Origin: a virus
DNA: 64,000 nt
Reading direction: 5' to 3' (one strand)
IMG/VR virus record: IMGVR_UViG_3300043411_001639
Coordinates: 32,001 to 96,000 of that record
Below the pieces are notes generated by a model. That model was not told the origin of the DNA. It worked only from the letters and a program-made list of their open reading frames with translations, and did no database searches. Shown here in pieces: positions 18,688 to 25,869 of the stretch. The stretch's first letter is position 1. Each line of letters opens with the position of its first letter. The position numbers and the translations under genes were made by a program.

Positions 18688-18909
18688 ATGACAACTATAT
18701 CTCAGTTAAATCAAATCAGAAAACAACTTGACATTACTTGGGGAGATATCTCAAACAGTTTTAGGATATTAACCAACAGAACAGACCTGAATGAAATCTT
18801 TGTTGAGAATGTTTGTAGAAGGGTTGAAGATCCAATGAACTTTGAAGTAACTTGGAAACAATTCCTTAAAACAATGATCCATGCCTCTGAAAACAACTGG
18901 AGAAAATAA
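18688..18909 (+). CDS. hypothetical protein
   Basis: ORF track. Confidence 0.6.
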   Translation: MTTISQLNQIRKQLDITWGDISNSFRILTNRTDLNEIFVENVCRRVEDPMNFEVTWKQFLKTMIHASENNWRK

Positions 18910-18913
18910 AACA

Positions 18914-19084
18914 ATGTTCAAGATTGTAAACAGTGAAGGCGAAACCCTCAAAGGTCGTTGGAAATACTTGCTCAAAGCAAAAGAAAGAGCACTAAAAGAA
19001 AGTAACGAACACGGTTTTATTGTATTCGCAGTGATGGAACATGACACGGTAATTTATCGTTTTTGTTGCGGCAAACGAATCTAA
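18914..19084 (+). CDS. hypothetical protein
   Basis: GGAG RBS; paralogue of the 18303 N-terminus. Confidence 0.7.
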   Translation: MFKIVNSEGETLKGRWKYLLKAKERALKESNEHGFIVFAVMEHDTVIYRFCCGKRI

Positions 19085-19115
19085 TAGTTCCAGTTTTCTT
19101 AACTTAGTCTCATAT

Positions 19116-19189
19116 CTCGTCATCTCCTAACTGGATAAGGAAGCAGTCTTCTAAACTGCGATATGGGGGTTCAAATCCCTCTGACGAGG
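19116..19189 (+). tRNA. tRNA-Arg(TCT), second divergent copy
   Basis: CTCGTCA/TGACGAG acceptor; GCAGT-CTTCTAA-ACTGC anticodon arm; GGGGG-TTCAAAT-CCCTC T-arm. Confidence 0.85.
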
Positions 19190-19209
19190 CTCAAGGAACA
19201 AATAATAAA

Positions 19210-19545
19210 ATGAGTAAACCATTGGTCTTTGTTGAATACTACATGGAGTTTGGTGATGGTGATGCTACAACAACAGGCTTTGTTGTTCTTCTAAAAACTA
19301 CCTGGGAGGAACAGAAACAGAAGTTCAACCAATATCTTGAAGACAAAGGTATTGAGTCTGTAACTGTTGAACATGATAACATGGAAGAAGAAGTAAACCT
19401 TGAGATGTATGAAGAGAAACCTTGTTCTCAAAAAGAACTTGAGACTCTAACCAAGTTCTTTGGTGACTGTCCTGAATATCGTAAACAAGAAGGTTATCTC
19501 TATTATCATGGACAGTTTCAACCACTAGAAGAACTGATGTCCTAA
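19210..19545 (+). CDS. hypothetical acidic protein
   Basis: AAGGA upstream. Confidence 0.7.
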   Translation: MSKPLVFVEYYMEFGDGDATTTGFVVLLKTTWEEQKQKFNQYLEDKGIESVTVEHDNMEEEVNLEMYEEKPCSQKELETLTKFFGDCPEYRKQEGYLYYHGQFQPLEELMS

Positions 19546-19755
19546 TGACAAAACAAGAAATTGAACAACAACTCAATAGAATCTATGAAGAAACAAAGAA
19601 TCTTAACTGGAGCTTAAAAGCATTAAACATAGATTCCAGCGAAGAACTTCACAAGATAAGAAACAATATTACTATCATTAAGTTCCAACTTGGAAAACAC
19701 AACTAATCCTGGTTATTAAACTACCGGAACAAACTCCACCTACTCTATCCAGCTA

Positions 19756-19929
19756 AAAGTCATGCCAAATCTACTATAGACTAGGGAGGGTTAAAGTCAT
19801 GCCAAACTACCCATATCCCCTACCCAAAAGTCATGCCAAACCAGAGTTGTTAGAAACCACCAGAAGTCATACCACGCACACCCGCACGAGACACAACAAC
19901 TGTTTTAGATAAACTCATGACATGCCAAA
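19756..19929 (+). repeat. iteron-like direct repeats AAAGTCATGCCAAA
   Basis: exact copies at 19756, 19793, 19827; degenerate at 19863 and 19919; period 34-37 bp. Confidence 0.85.
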
Positions 19930-20070
19930 CAAACCTTACCAGCGCCTCTACACTGCCCGCGGATATTCAAACCAACCATTTCCATCAACTGAATATAAAT
20001 CCAGCAAACCAGTTGCAACCACTGCCCGAACCTGCTAGAGTAGGATCATCAAACGGGAAAGGAACTGACG

Positions 20071-20322
20071 ATGAGTGTCCTGAGAATCAAAGGTGTCAAG
20101 TTCGTAAACCGTCAACACCTGAAAGATCAGAAACAGATCCTCCTTCCCAATGAATACTATGAGAAACTGATCGGTGTTATCAACACACCAACCAAAGTAA
20201 CTCTGGCTTTCAAGTGTGGAAGACGCTGGAAGATGTACAGAGGATTCATCTACTCACAGACAGAAAGTAACTTCCGTTCAGAGTCTCAAACTCGCTGGTC
20301 TTGGCTCACTGTTGAAAAGTAA
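20071..20322 (+). CDS. hypothetical protein
   Basis: promoter 20013, AAGGA RBS. Confidence 0.75.
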   Translation: MSVLRIKGVKFVNRQHLKDQKQILLPNEYYEKLIGVINTPTKVTLAFKCGRRWKMYRGFIYSQTESNFRSESQTRWSWLTVEK

Positions 20323-20358
20323 CATCAACTGACTCTCTCATAAAAGAAAAACAAAACA

Positions 20359-20550
20359 ATGCATAACAAACTTGACCCCCGTGATCCCCGTTTCATTGAG
20401 TTTTACCTTTCTGGAGGAGATGTTCCGAAAGAGGTAAACGACAAAAACCCCAGTACTTCTCTTAGTTCAGAGGAGTCTGAGGTGCTTCTTAACCAGGGTT
20501 TCTATAAGCCTGTTGCTACAAAAGAAGGCGTTGGATTCAAGAACAACTGA
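20359..20550 (+). CDS. hypothetical protein
   Basis: ORF track. Confidence 0.6.
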   Translation: MHNKLDPRDPRFIEFYLSGGDVPKEVNDKNPSTSLSSEESEVLLNQGFYKPVATKEGVGFKNN

Positions 20551-20564
20551 TTGACACTCATAGT

Positions 20565-20677
20565 CTGAACAGTTAGGTGAACCCTTCAACAACCCAACGG
20601 AGCGTTTTCCTAACTGTTCAGGCAATGAACTACTGTCCGCGCTTCATTCATAGAGCGCCCGTCGTTGATTGCCTGAA
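20565..20677. other. overlapping, partly exclusive inverted repeats in a non-coding gap
   Basis: CTGAACAGTTAGG (20565)/CCTAACTGTTCAG (20609); TTCAGGCAAT (20617)/ATTGCCTGAA (20668). Confidence 0.75.
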
Positions 20678-20906
20678 ACCCTCTCAAACCGGAATAACCT
20701 GGAATCTTTGGAAAACCCTAGAGGCAAAACAGTTGACACTAGCAGCTCTCACAGAGGGTTGCAACAGAGAAGTTTCATCTAGCAACCTCCGTGCCAAAAC
20801 TGAGATTAGCTGAACTAATCTAGCTGTTGCAACCTCTCTTGGAACCTGCTAGTGTCGGGTTGTCAGGTGAGGGATAGCAGGGCAGAACGAACGAAGGAAA
20901 AAAACC

Positions 20907-21050
20907 ATGATGGAACTCTCGCTCAACTTCTCCGTTTCTCTGGAAACCATCACGGGCTTCACGCCGGTTTTCGTGAGCATCATGGCCGCGTGTTTCGTCA
21001 TGGGAGCGTCTCTCCGGTTCCTGGTGTGCAAGGTCCGCGCCAACTTCTAG
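20907..21050 (+). CDS. small membrane protein (47 aa)
   Basis: promoter 20827, GAAGGA RBS, GC-rich third codon positions, one hydrophobic helix; translated by hand. Confidence 0.7.
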   Translation: MMELSLNFSVSLETITGFTPVFVSIMAACFVMGASLRFLVCKVRANF

Positions 21051-21110
21051 AAGTTAGCTGAACTAACTTCGGGTGTTGCAACCTCTGAGAGAACCTGCTA
21101 GGGTAAGAGC

Positions 21111-21221
21111 ATGAAAAAGGCGAACAAGGGCAAGCGGTGGAACAAGCGGGAAAAACGCCGCAACGAATCGCTGGACGGTCGCAAGCAACGGCGCAAGTTT
21201 CTCGCGAGTCTCACTGACTGA
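21111..21221 (+). CDS. 36-aa highly basic leaderless peptide (MKKANKGKRWNKREKRR..)
   Basis: ATG 6 nt after -10 box 21099-21104; translated by hand. Confidence 0.65.
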   Translation: MKKANKGKRWNKREKRRNESLDGRKQRRKFLASLTD

Positions 21222-21309
21222 CTGGCATAGAGGTTGCAACGGAAAACCAACTGTTGCAACCTCCCCGAAAGGGTGCTAAGGTAGAAGAGTAGGTAACAGA
21301 AGGAAGAAA

Positions 21310-21392
21310 GCTCTAGTGGCGGAATGGTAGACGCGGGGGTTTCAAAAACCTCTTCCCGCAAGGGAGTGAGAGTTCAAGTCTCTCTTGGAGCA
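21310..21392 (+). tRNA. tRNA-Leu(CAA)
   Basis: GCTCTAG/TTGGAGC acceptor; GGGGT-TTCAAAA-ACCTC anticodon arm; long variable arm. Confidence 0.92.
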
Positions 21393-21435
21393 CAAAAGCC
21401 ACAAACGGCGCGGCAGTGTCGTTGGCTTGTCTCTT

Positions 21436-21508
21436 GCAACGGTAGCTCAACTGGCAGAGCATTCGGCTTTTAACCGAAGGGTTGAGGGTTCAAGTCCCTC
21501 CCGTCGCA
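21436..21508 (+). tRNA. tRNA-Lys(TTT)
   Basis: GCAACGG/CCGTCGC acceptor (one mismatch); TTCGG-CTTTTAA-CCGAA anticodon arm. Confidence 0.92.
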
Positions 21509-21610
21509 CCGTGGTCGGCACCAGTCTTGCAAACAAAAAAAGGCTGTTGCAACCAACCCCGCAACCTGCTAGTCTAAGAATGTAGCAGGAAACAACCAAC
21601 GGAGTCAAGA

Positions 21611-22003
21611 ATGGCAAAGCGCACGACGGAAGAAACCATCGCTCACACCGTCAAGGTCAAGGGTATCGTCGCCGACCGCTCCGGCATCAACAACACGCGT
21701 GGCGCGCGTGCGATCATCGCGTCGGAAGTCTTCGGCGTCTCGCAGACACTCCGCAACCACGGCGCCGCCGCCGTCTTCGCGCTCCGCAACGGGGATAACG
21801 TCGTGGTGCTGTCCCGCGTCGCCCGCAAGGGCCGCCCGCGCTGGAGGCAAGTCGGGCACGGATCTTCCACGGTCATCACGTTCGCCCGCGTGCTCTCCGG
21901 TGGCAAGGTTTCCAAGGTCGTCAAGGCGTCCACGCTTGCGGAGCTCTGCAACAAGGGTGCCCGCTACATCGGGACGCGCGCCAACCTCTACGGCAACGGC
22001 TAG
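21611..22003 (+). CDS. basic hypothetical protein with high-GC codon usage
   Basis: promoter 21547, GGAG RBS, strong G/C bias at third positions in this frame. Confidence 0.85.
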   Translation: MAKRTTEETIAHTVKVKGIVADRSGINNTRGARAIIASEVFGVSQTLRNHGAAAVFALRNGDNVVVLSRVARKGRPRWRQVGHGSSTVITFARVLSGGKVSKVVKASTLAELCNKGARYIGTRANLYGNG

Positions 22004-22314
22004 AACCCGCTGGCACGAAGGTTGCAAGGGCAAGGCAAAGAAAACCCGCTGTTGCAACCTGTTTCGGAACCTGCTAGAGTCTGAATGTAAGGTGAGAGGT
22101 AGGGAAGACAGAGAACCGGAAGGAAAAAGAATCCGGTTGCAACCCTCCCCGAAACCTGCTAGAGTCAGAGAGTGAGAAAAGGAACGGGGCCAGAAACTAG
22201 ACGAAACAATCTGGTTGCAACCCTCCGAAGAGTCTGGTAAGGTAAGAGTCAGAAAGGGAGTCAGGGTGGCAATGTCGCCTAGCCCACTCCCAAACCAGGA
22301 AAGAAAAAAGAATA

Positions 22315-23034
22315 ATGAACTCCATCAACGCCACCTCGCCCGTCGTTTCCTCGGATTCCATCGTCGCCGACCCCAACGCCTCGCAGGAGAACACCATGCA
22401 CACCCCCGACAACTCCGCCGACGCTTCGCCCCTGTCCATGCGCCCCGCGGATCGCGCCGCCCGCGGCGAGTCCCTCACGCCCGACGAGGAGGGCGCGCTC
22501 GCGGCCAGCGACGCGGCGGAGTTCCTCGCCTACCTCCGCGCACAGCGCGCGTACCTCGCCTCCGCGCTCGCGGCGGCGAAGGCCCCCAAGGTTCCGGGGA
22601 AGCGCGGGCCGCAGGGTCCCCAGCGCGGGAAGGTGGTCACGCTGGCCGACGGCCGGATGATGATCGTCGGCGCGGGTCTCGGCAAGCGGGCCGCGTTCAA
22701 TTCCGCGAAGGGTGCGCTCGGGGCGCGCGCGGAGCTCCTCCCCGGCGACGCGCTGAACATCGCCCTCGTGACGTTCGGGGCGGACGGGAGCGGCGTCCTC
22801 TACACCGTCAACGGTGTCGCGGGCGAGACGCCCCGCGGGAAGGGTTCGCCCGGTGTGTCGCTCTCTTGCACGCGGGCGGACAACGGCGAAGAGGTCGTGT
22901 TGTTTCCGACGATGGATTCCATCGTGGACGCGGTGTGCATCACGGGTTCCGCGGCGCTCCTCGCGGTGCTTCCGGTGCTTCAAGCGCAGAAGGTGCGCGC
23001 CGCGCGCGCAGCGAAGACGCCCGCCACGGTCTGA
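22315..23034 (+). CDS. Ala/Gly-rich hypothetical protein with high-GC codon usage, under three tandem promoters
   Basis: promoters 22052, 22137, 22215; AGGA upstream; third-position G/C bias picks this frame. Confidence 0.85.
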   Translation: MNSINATSPVVSSDSIVADPNASQENTMHTPDNSADASPLSMRPADRAARGESLTPDEEGALAASDAAEFLAYLRAQRAYLASALAAAKAPKVPGKRGPQGPQRGKVVTLADGRMMIVGAGLGKRAAFNSAKGALGARAELLPGDALNIALVTFGADGSGVLYTVNGVAGETPRGKGSPGVSLSCTRADNGEEVVLFPTMDSIVDAVCITGSAALLAVLPVLQAQKVRAARAAKTPATV

Positions 23035-23062
23035 CGCCTCACCCGCCAGAATCCCACCTAAA

Positions 23063-23111
23063 GAAACCCCCCGCGACGACCCTAGAGAATAGGGAACCGT
23101 CCGGGGGTTTC
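23063..23111 (+). terminator. GC-rich stem-loop after the last early gene
   Basis: GAAACCCCC..CCCTA-GAGAA-TAGGG..GGGGGTTTC, followed by CCCGTTTT. Confidence 0.5.
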
Positions 23112-23225
23112 CCCGTTTTACAACTTTGACCCCCTCTAGCCCCTGTACCCCCCCACCTCTACCTACCCGGACCCAGGAGGTGGTTGGCATGGAGGGTGCA
23201 TGACCCACGAGATTCTAAACCAGAT

Positions 23226-23966
23226 AAAATTTTTCTGGGAATTTTTCTATTTATGGGGACCTTTATGTTATATTTTTCTAAATGGTTGTTTGAAAACGAC
23301 AATATAATTGATGATTTAAATACAGTGTTTTCAATTCAAGAAACTATAAAAACTGTTGAACAACATGGTTTAGAGCAGCTTGGTTTAGGAAACAACGAAG
23401 GAACAACAAGAATTGTTTTTAAACATCCAAATAACAAACAAGTGATTAAAATACCAAGACAAACAACATATCTCAAATATAATTTTAATGAGATTAAATC
23501 ATTTGCTTGTCTTGGAAAAGAATATGCTGCTGAGATAACAGAGTTTCATCCTAAAGGTTATTGGTTGATAATGGAACTTGTTAAACCATTTAAAGATCAT
23601 CAAGAGTTTAATCAGAAACTCCAACAAGTTTTAAACTTACCAGATACTATCAATGACGAACGTTTTTTATATAAAGCAGTGGTTCAGTTTAAAGAACAAG
23701 AAAGATTAAAACTTTCAACTAAACTATGTCATTCAAGTGAATGGTTTAGAAAACTTACAACCAAACTTTCCAGTTGTGAAGTAGGAGGACAAGATTTAAA
23801 CTGGTTTAACTTTGGATTAAGAGAATCAACAGGTGAATTGGTTATGTTAGACTATGCTGATTTATTAACAAATCCGGCTGTTCAACAACCTTGTTCCATT
23901 TAAAACTAAAAAAGGTTCATAAAATAGGGCGGGTAATGCCTCTGAAAATTTTTCTGGGAATTTTTC
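23226..23966 (+). repeat. 22-bp exact repeat AAAATTTTTCTGGGAATTTTTC (23226-23247, 23945-23966)
   Basis: identical copies, each immediately before a TATTTA late-promoter-like motif. Confidence 0.85.
23265..23903 (+). CDS. protein kinase-like protein 1 with capsid-targeting-like N-terminus
   Basis: EGTTRIVF, VIKIP, NxNE, LIMELV, DLNWFNFG, LDYA; start MLYFSKWLFE. Confidence 0.8.
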   Translation: MLYFSKWLFENDNIIDDLNTVFSIQETIKTVEQHGLEQLGLGNNEGTTRIVFKHPNNKQVIKIPRQTTYLKYNFNEIKSFACLGKEYAAEITEFHPKGYWLIMELVKPFKDHQEFNQKLQQVLNLPDTINDERFLYKAVVQFKEQERLKLSTKLCHSSEWFRKLTTKLSSCEVGGQDLNWFNFGLRESTGELVMLDYADLLTNPAVQQPCSI

Positions 23967-23984
23967 ATATTTACCTCTAGTCTG

Positions 23985-24491
23985 ATGATAACATTACAAG
24001 AGTTTATATTTCTTCAAGAGGGAGACTTAAAACTAGTATCTCTTCATGGATGTGGGGAAGATAGTTTTGATATTGAACTTGATAATGATGAGGTTATAGA
24101 TTGCAATGATATAGCATCTAGTGTTGAGGAATTGTTTTACGATTCAAAGATTAGAATCATGAGGAATGAGAATCCTTATAATGCTATAATTGATTCTGGT
24201 ACTGGAAGGGTGATAGGGGCTAGTGTTATATCTTATGAACTACCAGAGGATTATGATGAATTTGAGCATGGTAATGGGGTTGTAACATTTAGTGTTGTGG
24301 TTGATCCAGAGTTTAGGGGACAGAGATTAGCTGAGAAGTTAATAAGGGATATAGTGAATAATCATAGGAGACAAGTTATCAAGGCTCAGGTTATTAATCC
24401 TATTATGGAGAAGATACTTATTAACTTAGGATTTGTTAAGGTTAGTGAATCAGGTTCTAGAGAAGGATTGGTTTATCAGTTAAAGAGATGA
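23985..24491 (+). CDS. GNAT acetyltransferase with capsid-targeting-like N-terminus
   Basis: VVVDPEFRGQRLA acetyl-CoA motif A; NPxxxxxLxNLGF; begins MITLQEFIFLQE. Confidence 0.85.
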   Translation: MITLQEFIFLQEGDLKLVSLHGCGEDSFDIELDNDEVIDCNDIASSVEELFYDSKIRIMRNENPYNAIIDSGTGRVIGASVISYELPEDYDEFEHGNGVVTFSVVVDPEFRGQRLAEKLIRDIVNNHRRQVIKAQVINPIMEKILINLGFVKVSESGSREGLVYQLKR

Positions 24492-25204
24492 ATAGTTTAT
24501 TTATGTTTGATCGGTTTTTGTTTGAGACTACTATTAATATCAATCCAGATAAAGTTATTTATGATCTTAAACAGGCAACAAGTTTTGGTGAGATTCAAGA
24601 GATAGGATATAAACTTAAACAGATAGGTGATGGTACTACTAGGAACGTGTATGACTTAGGAAGGAACCTTGTTCTCAAACTAGCAAAGTATCCTAATAAT
24701 AGTATCAGTAATTTAAAAGAGGTAGATTCATATCAGTGTTTAGGAAAAGAATACGCAGCACAGATAGTTGATTTTGATACAGAGAACTATTACTGGTTGG
24801 TTATGGAGAGGGTTAAAACTATAACAGCTAGAGAATTTCAGTCAAAGTTAACAGAGCTTATAGGATTTCCATTAACTCCAGAAGATATAGCATCTAGGTT
24901 TAAGACTGTTATTAGTAAAGAAGTTTATGTGGTGGGCGGTTATTATTATCTTCCACAGGTGTTACAACCTGGAAGATATCATTCCGGTACAGAGAGAGGA
25001 AGAGGATTAAGACAGTTACATGGTTTGTTATGCGGTCATAGTTCTTGGTTTAAGGAATTCAATAATAGATTAGTTAAGTGCAGAATTATGGCTGGTGATC
25101 TTGGATTTGGTAACTTTGGATTAAGACTGTCAACGGATGAGTTGGTGTTACTTGATTATGGGTTTGAGATGATTGAAGGGGATCAGATTGAATGTCATTC
25201 TTGA
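24488..25204 (+). CDS. protein kinase-like protein 2
   Basis: IGDGTTRNVY, VLKLA, NLKE, LVMERV, DLGFGNFG, LLDYG. Confidence 0.85.
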   Translation: MNSLFMFDRFLFETTININPDKVIYDLKQATSFGEIQEIGYKLKQIGDGTTRNVYDLGRNLVLKLAKYPNNSISNLKEVDSYQCLGKEYAAQIVDFDTENYYWLVMERVKTITAREFQSKLTELIGFPLTPEDIASRFKTVISKEVYVVGGYYYLPQVLQPGRYHSGTERGRGLRQLHGLLCGHSSWFKEFNNRLVKCRIMAGDLGFGNFGLRLSTDELVLLDYGFEMIEGDQIECHS

Positions 25205-25869
25205 TGAAGATATTGTTTTTTGAGGATAGGAACAGTGATGTTTTTGATGGTATTACTGAGTTTAGTTCTATTAAGAAGACATTGTTAGTTAACAAGTTTA
25301 AGTTGATAGGTCATGGTACTACTAGGGATGTTTATTCTGTTCCAGGTGATGATAGTATTGTTTTAAAGGTTCCAAGGTATCCAGATGCATTTGAGGTTAA
25401 CTTCAGTGAGTTTAAGAATTTTGGTTGTTTGGGGGAGGAGTATGCAGCTCGTGTAATAGATTGTGATACAGTTAACGGTTTATGGTTATTGATGGAGCGT
25501 GTTATAACATTTAATCATTCTGATAAATTTGATATTGAGGTTAGTAAAAGGTTAGGGTTTGAGTTTAGTAAAGGTGGAATGATTAAGAAGTTTGGATTAT
25601 CTCCTGATAGTATTGCGAGGTTTCCTTTATTATCTTCGGCATTTGCTCCTGGTGATTATGACAAGGGTATTAATTTAAAGGAATTACTTTGTAAGAACAG
25701 TAAATGGTTTAGGGAATTGAACAACAGGTTAATTGATTGTGATGTTTACGCGGAGGATCTTGATTTTAAAAACTTTGGATTAAGAAGAGATACTGGAGAG
25801 TTAATATTACTTGATTATGGATTTAGTGCTAGTAAAGATAGTACATTAGGGGTACAGTCAAAATGCTGA
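25192..25869 (+). CDS. protein kinase-like protein 3
   Basis: IGHGTTRDVY, VLKVP, NFSE, LLMERV, DLDFKNFG, LLDYG. Confidence 0.85.
   Translation: MSFLMKILFFEDRNSDVFDGITEFSSIKKTLLVNKFKLIGHGTTRDVYSVPGDDSIVLKVPRYPDAFEVNFSEFKNFGCLGEEYAARVIDCDTVNGLWLLMERVITFNHSDKFDIEVSKRLGFEFSKGGMIKKFGLSPDSIARFPLLSSAFAPGDYDKGINLKELLCKNSKWFRELNNRLIDCDVYAEDLDFKNFGLRRDTGELILLDYGFSASKDSTLGVQSKC

Larger units (their letters stand above)
5540..21068. promoter_or_regulatory. 13-bp palindromic operator family TTRKYTNARMYAA upstream of early promoters
   Basis: TTGTTTCAGACAA at 5540, 8141, 11276, 16754; variants at 7836, 8161; GATTAGCTGAACTAATC at 11295 and 20804; AGTTAGCTGAACTAACT at 21052. Confidence 0.7.
1258..22243 (+). 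promoter_or_regulatory. Family of 20 sigma70-type early promoters, TTGCA(A/T)-17 bp-TA(G/A)(A/T/G)(G/C)T with extended -10 TG
   Basis: -35 boxes start at 1258, 3522, 5559, 7853, 8180, 9909, 11315, 11809, 12060, 12859, 14917, 16773, 20013, 20827, 21076, 21254, 21547, 22052, 22137, 22215; every spacer is exactly 17 bp; all intergenic, plus strand. Confidence 0.9.
20781..23200. promoter_or_regulatory. sigma54-type -24/-12 boxes (YGGCAY-N5-KTGCW)
   Basis: plus strand 21223-21238, 21516-21531, 22011-22026, 23185-23200; minus strand 20781-20796. Confidence 0.7.

Noticed and set aside
19756-19929. Mini CRISPR array
   Set aside because: Repeats are only 14 bp with 20-23 bp gaps and are not palindromic. 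The Cas4-like nuclease at 40804 is a common stand-alone phage enzyme, and no other cas genes are present.
12406-21392. Suppressor tRNAs (TTA, CTA, TCA) and stop-codon recoding
   Set aside because: With 5-bp stems and 7-nt loops the central triplets are TAA, TCT and CAA. Long conserved genes are intact in the standard code and all three stops are used.
21423-21438. Extra sigma54-like box TGGCTT-N5-TTGCA
   Set aside because: Weaker -24 element, and it overlaps the tRNA-Lys 5' end, so it may be coincidental.
21385-21585. ORF 21385-21585 and the 5' extension of 12464-12712
   Set aside because: They overlap tRNA genes.
1258-22243. GTTGCAAC repeats as CRISPR direct repeats
   Set aside because: They are dispersed, separated by whole genes, and fit -35/17 bp/-10 geometry exactly.
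20900-23150. GC-rich block as host contamination or a recently transferred island
   Set aside because: The same promoter and operator families continue through it, GC rises gradually from the left, and no host-like genes or mobility functions are seen. A read check is still advisable.
21605-23208. Long alternative ORFs 21605-22057(-), 21699-22175(+), 22215-23129(+), 22279-23208(-)
   Set aside because: Shadow frames of GC-rich genes; third-position bias, RBS and promoters support only 21611 and 22315.
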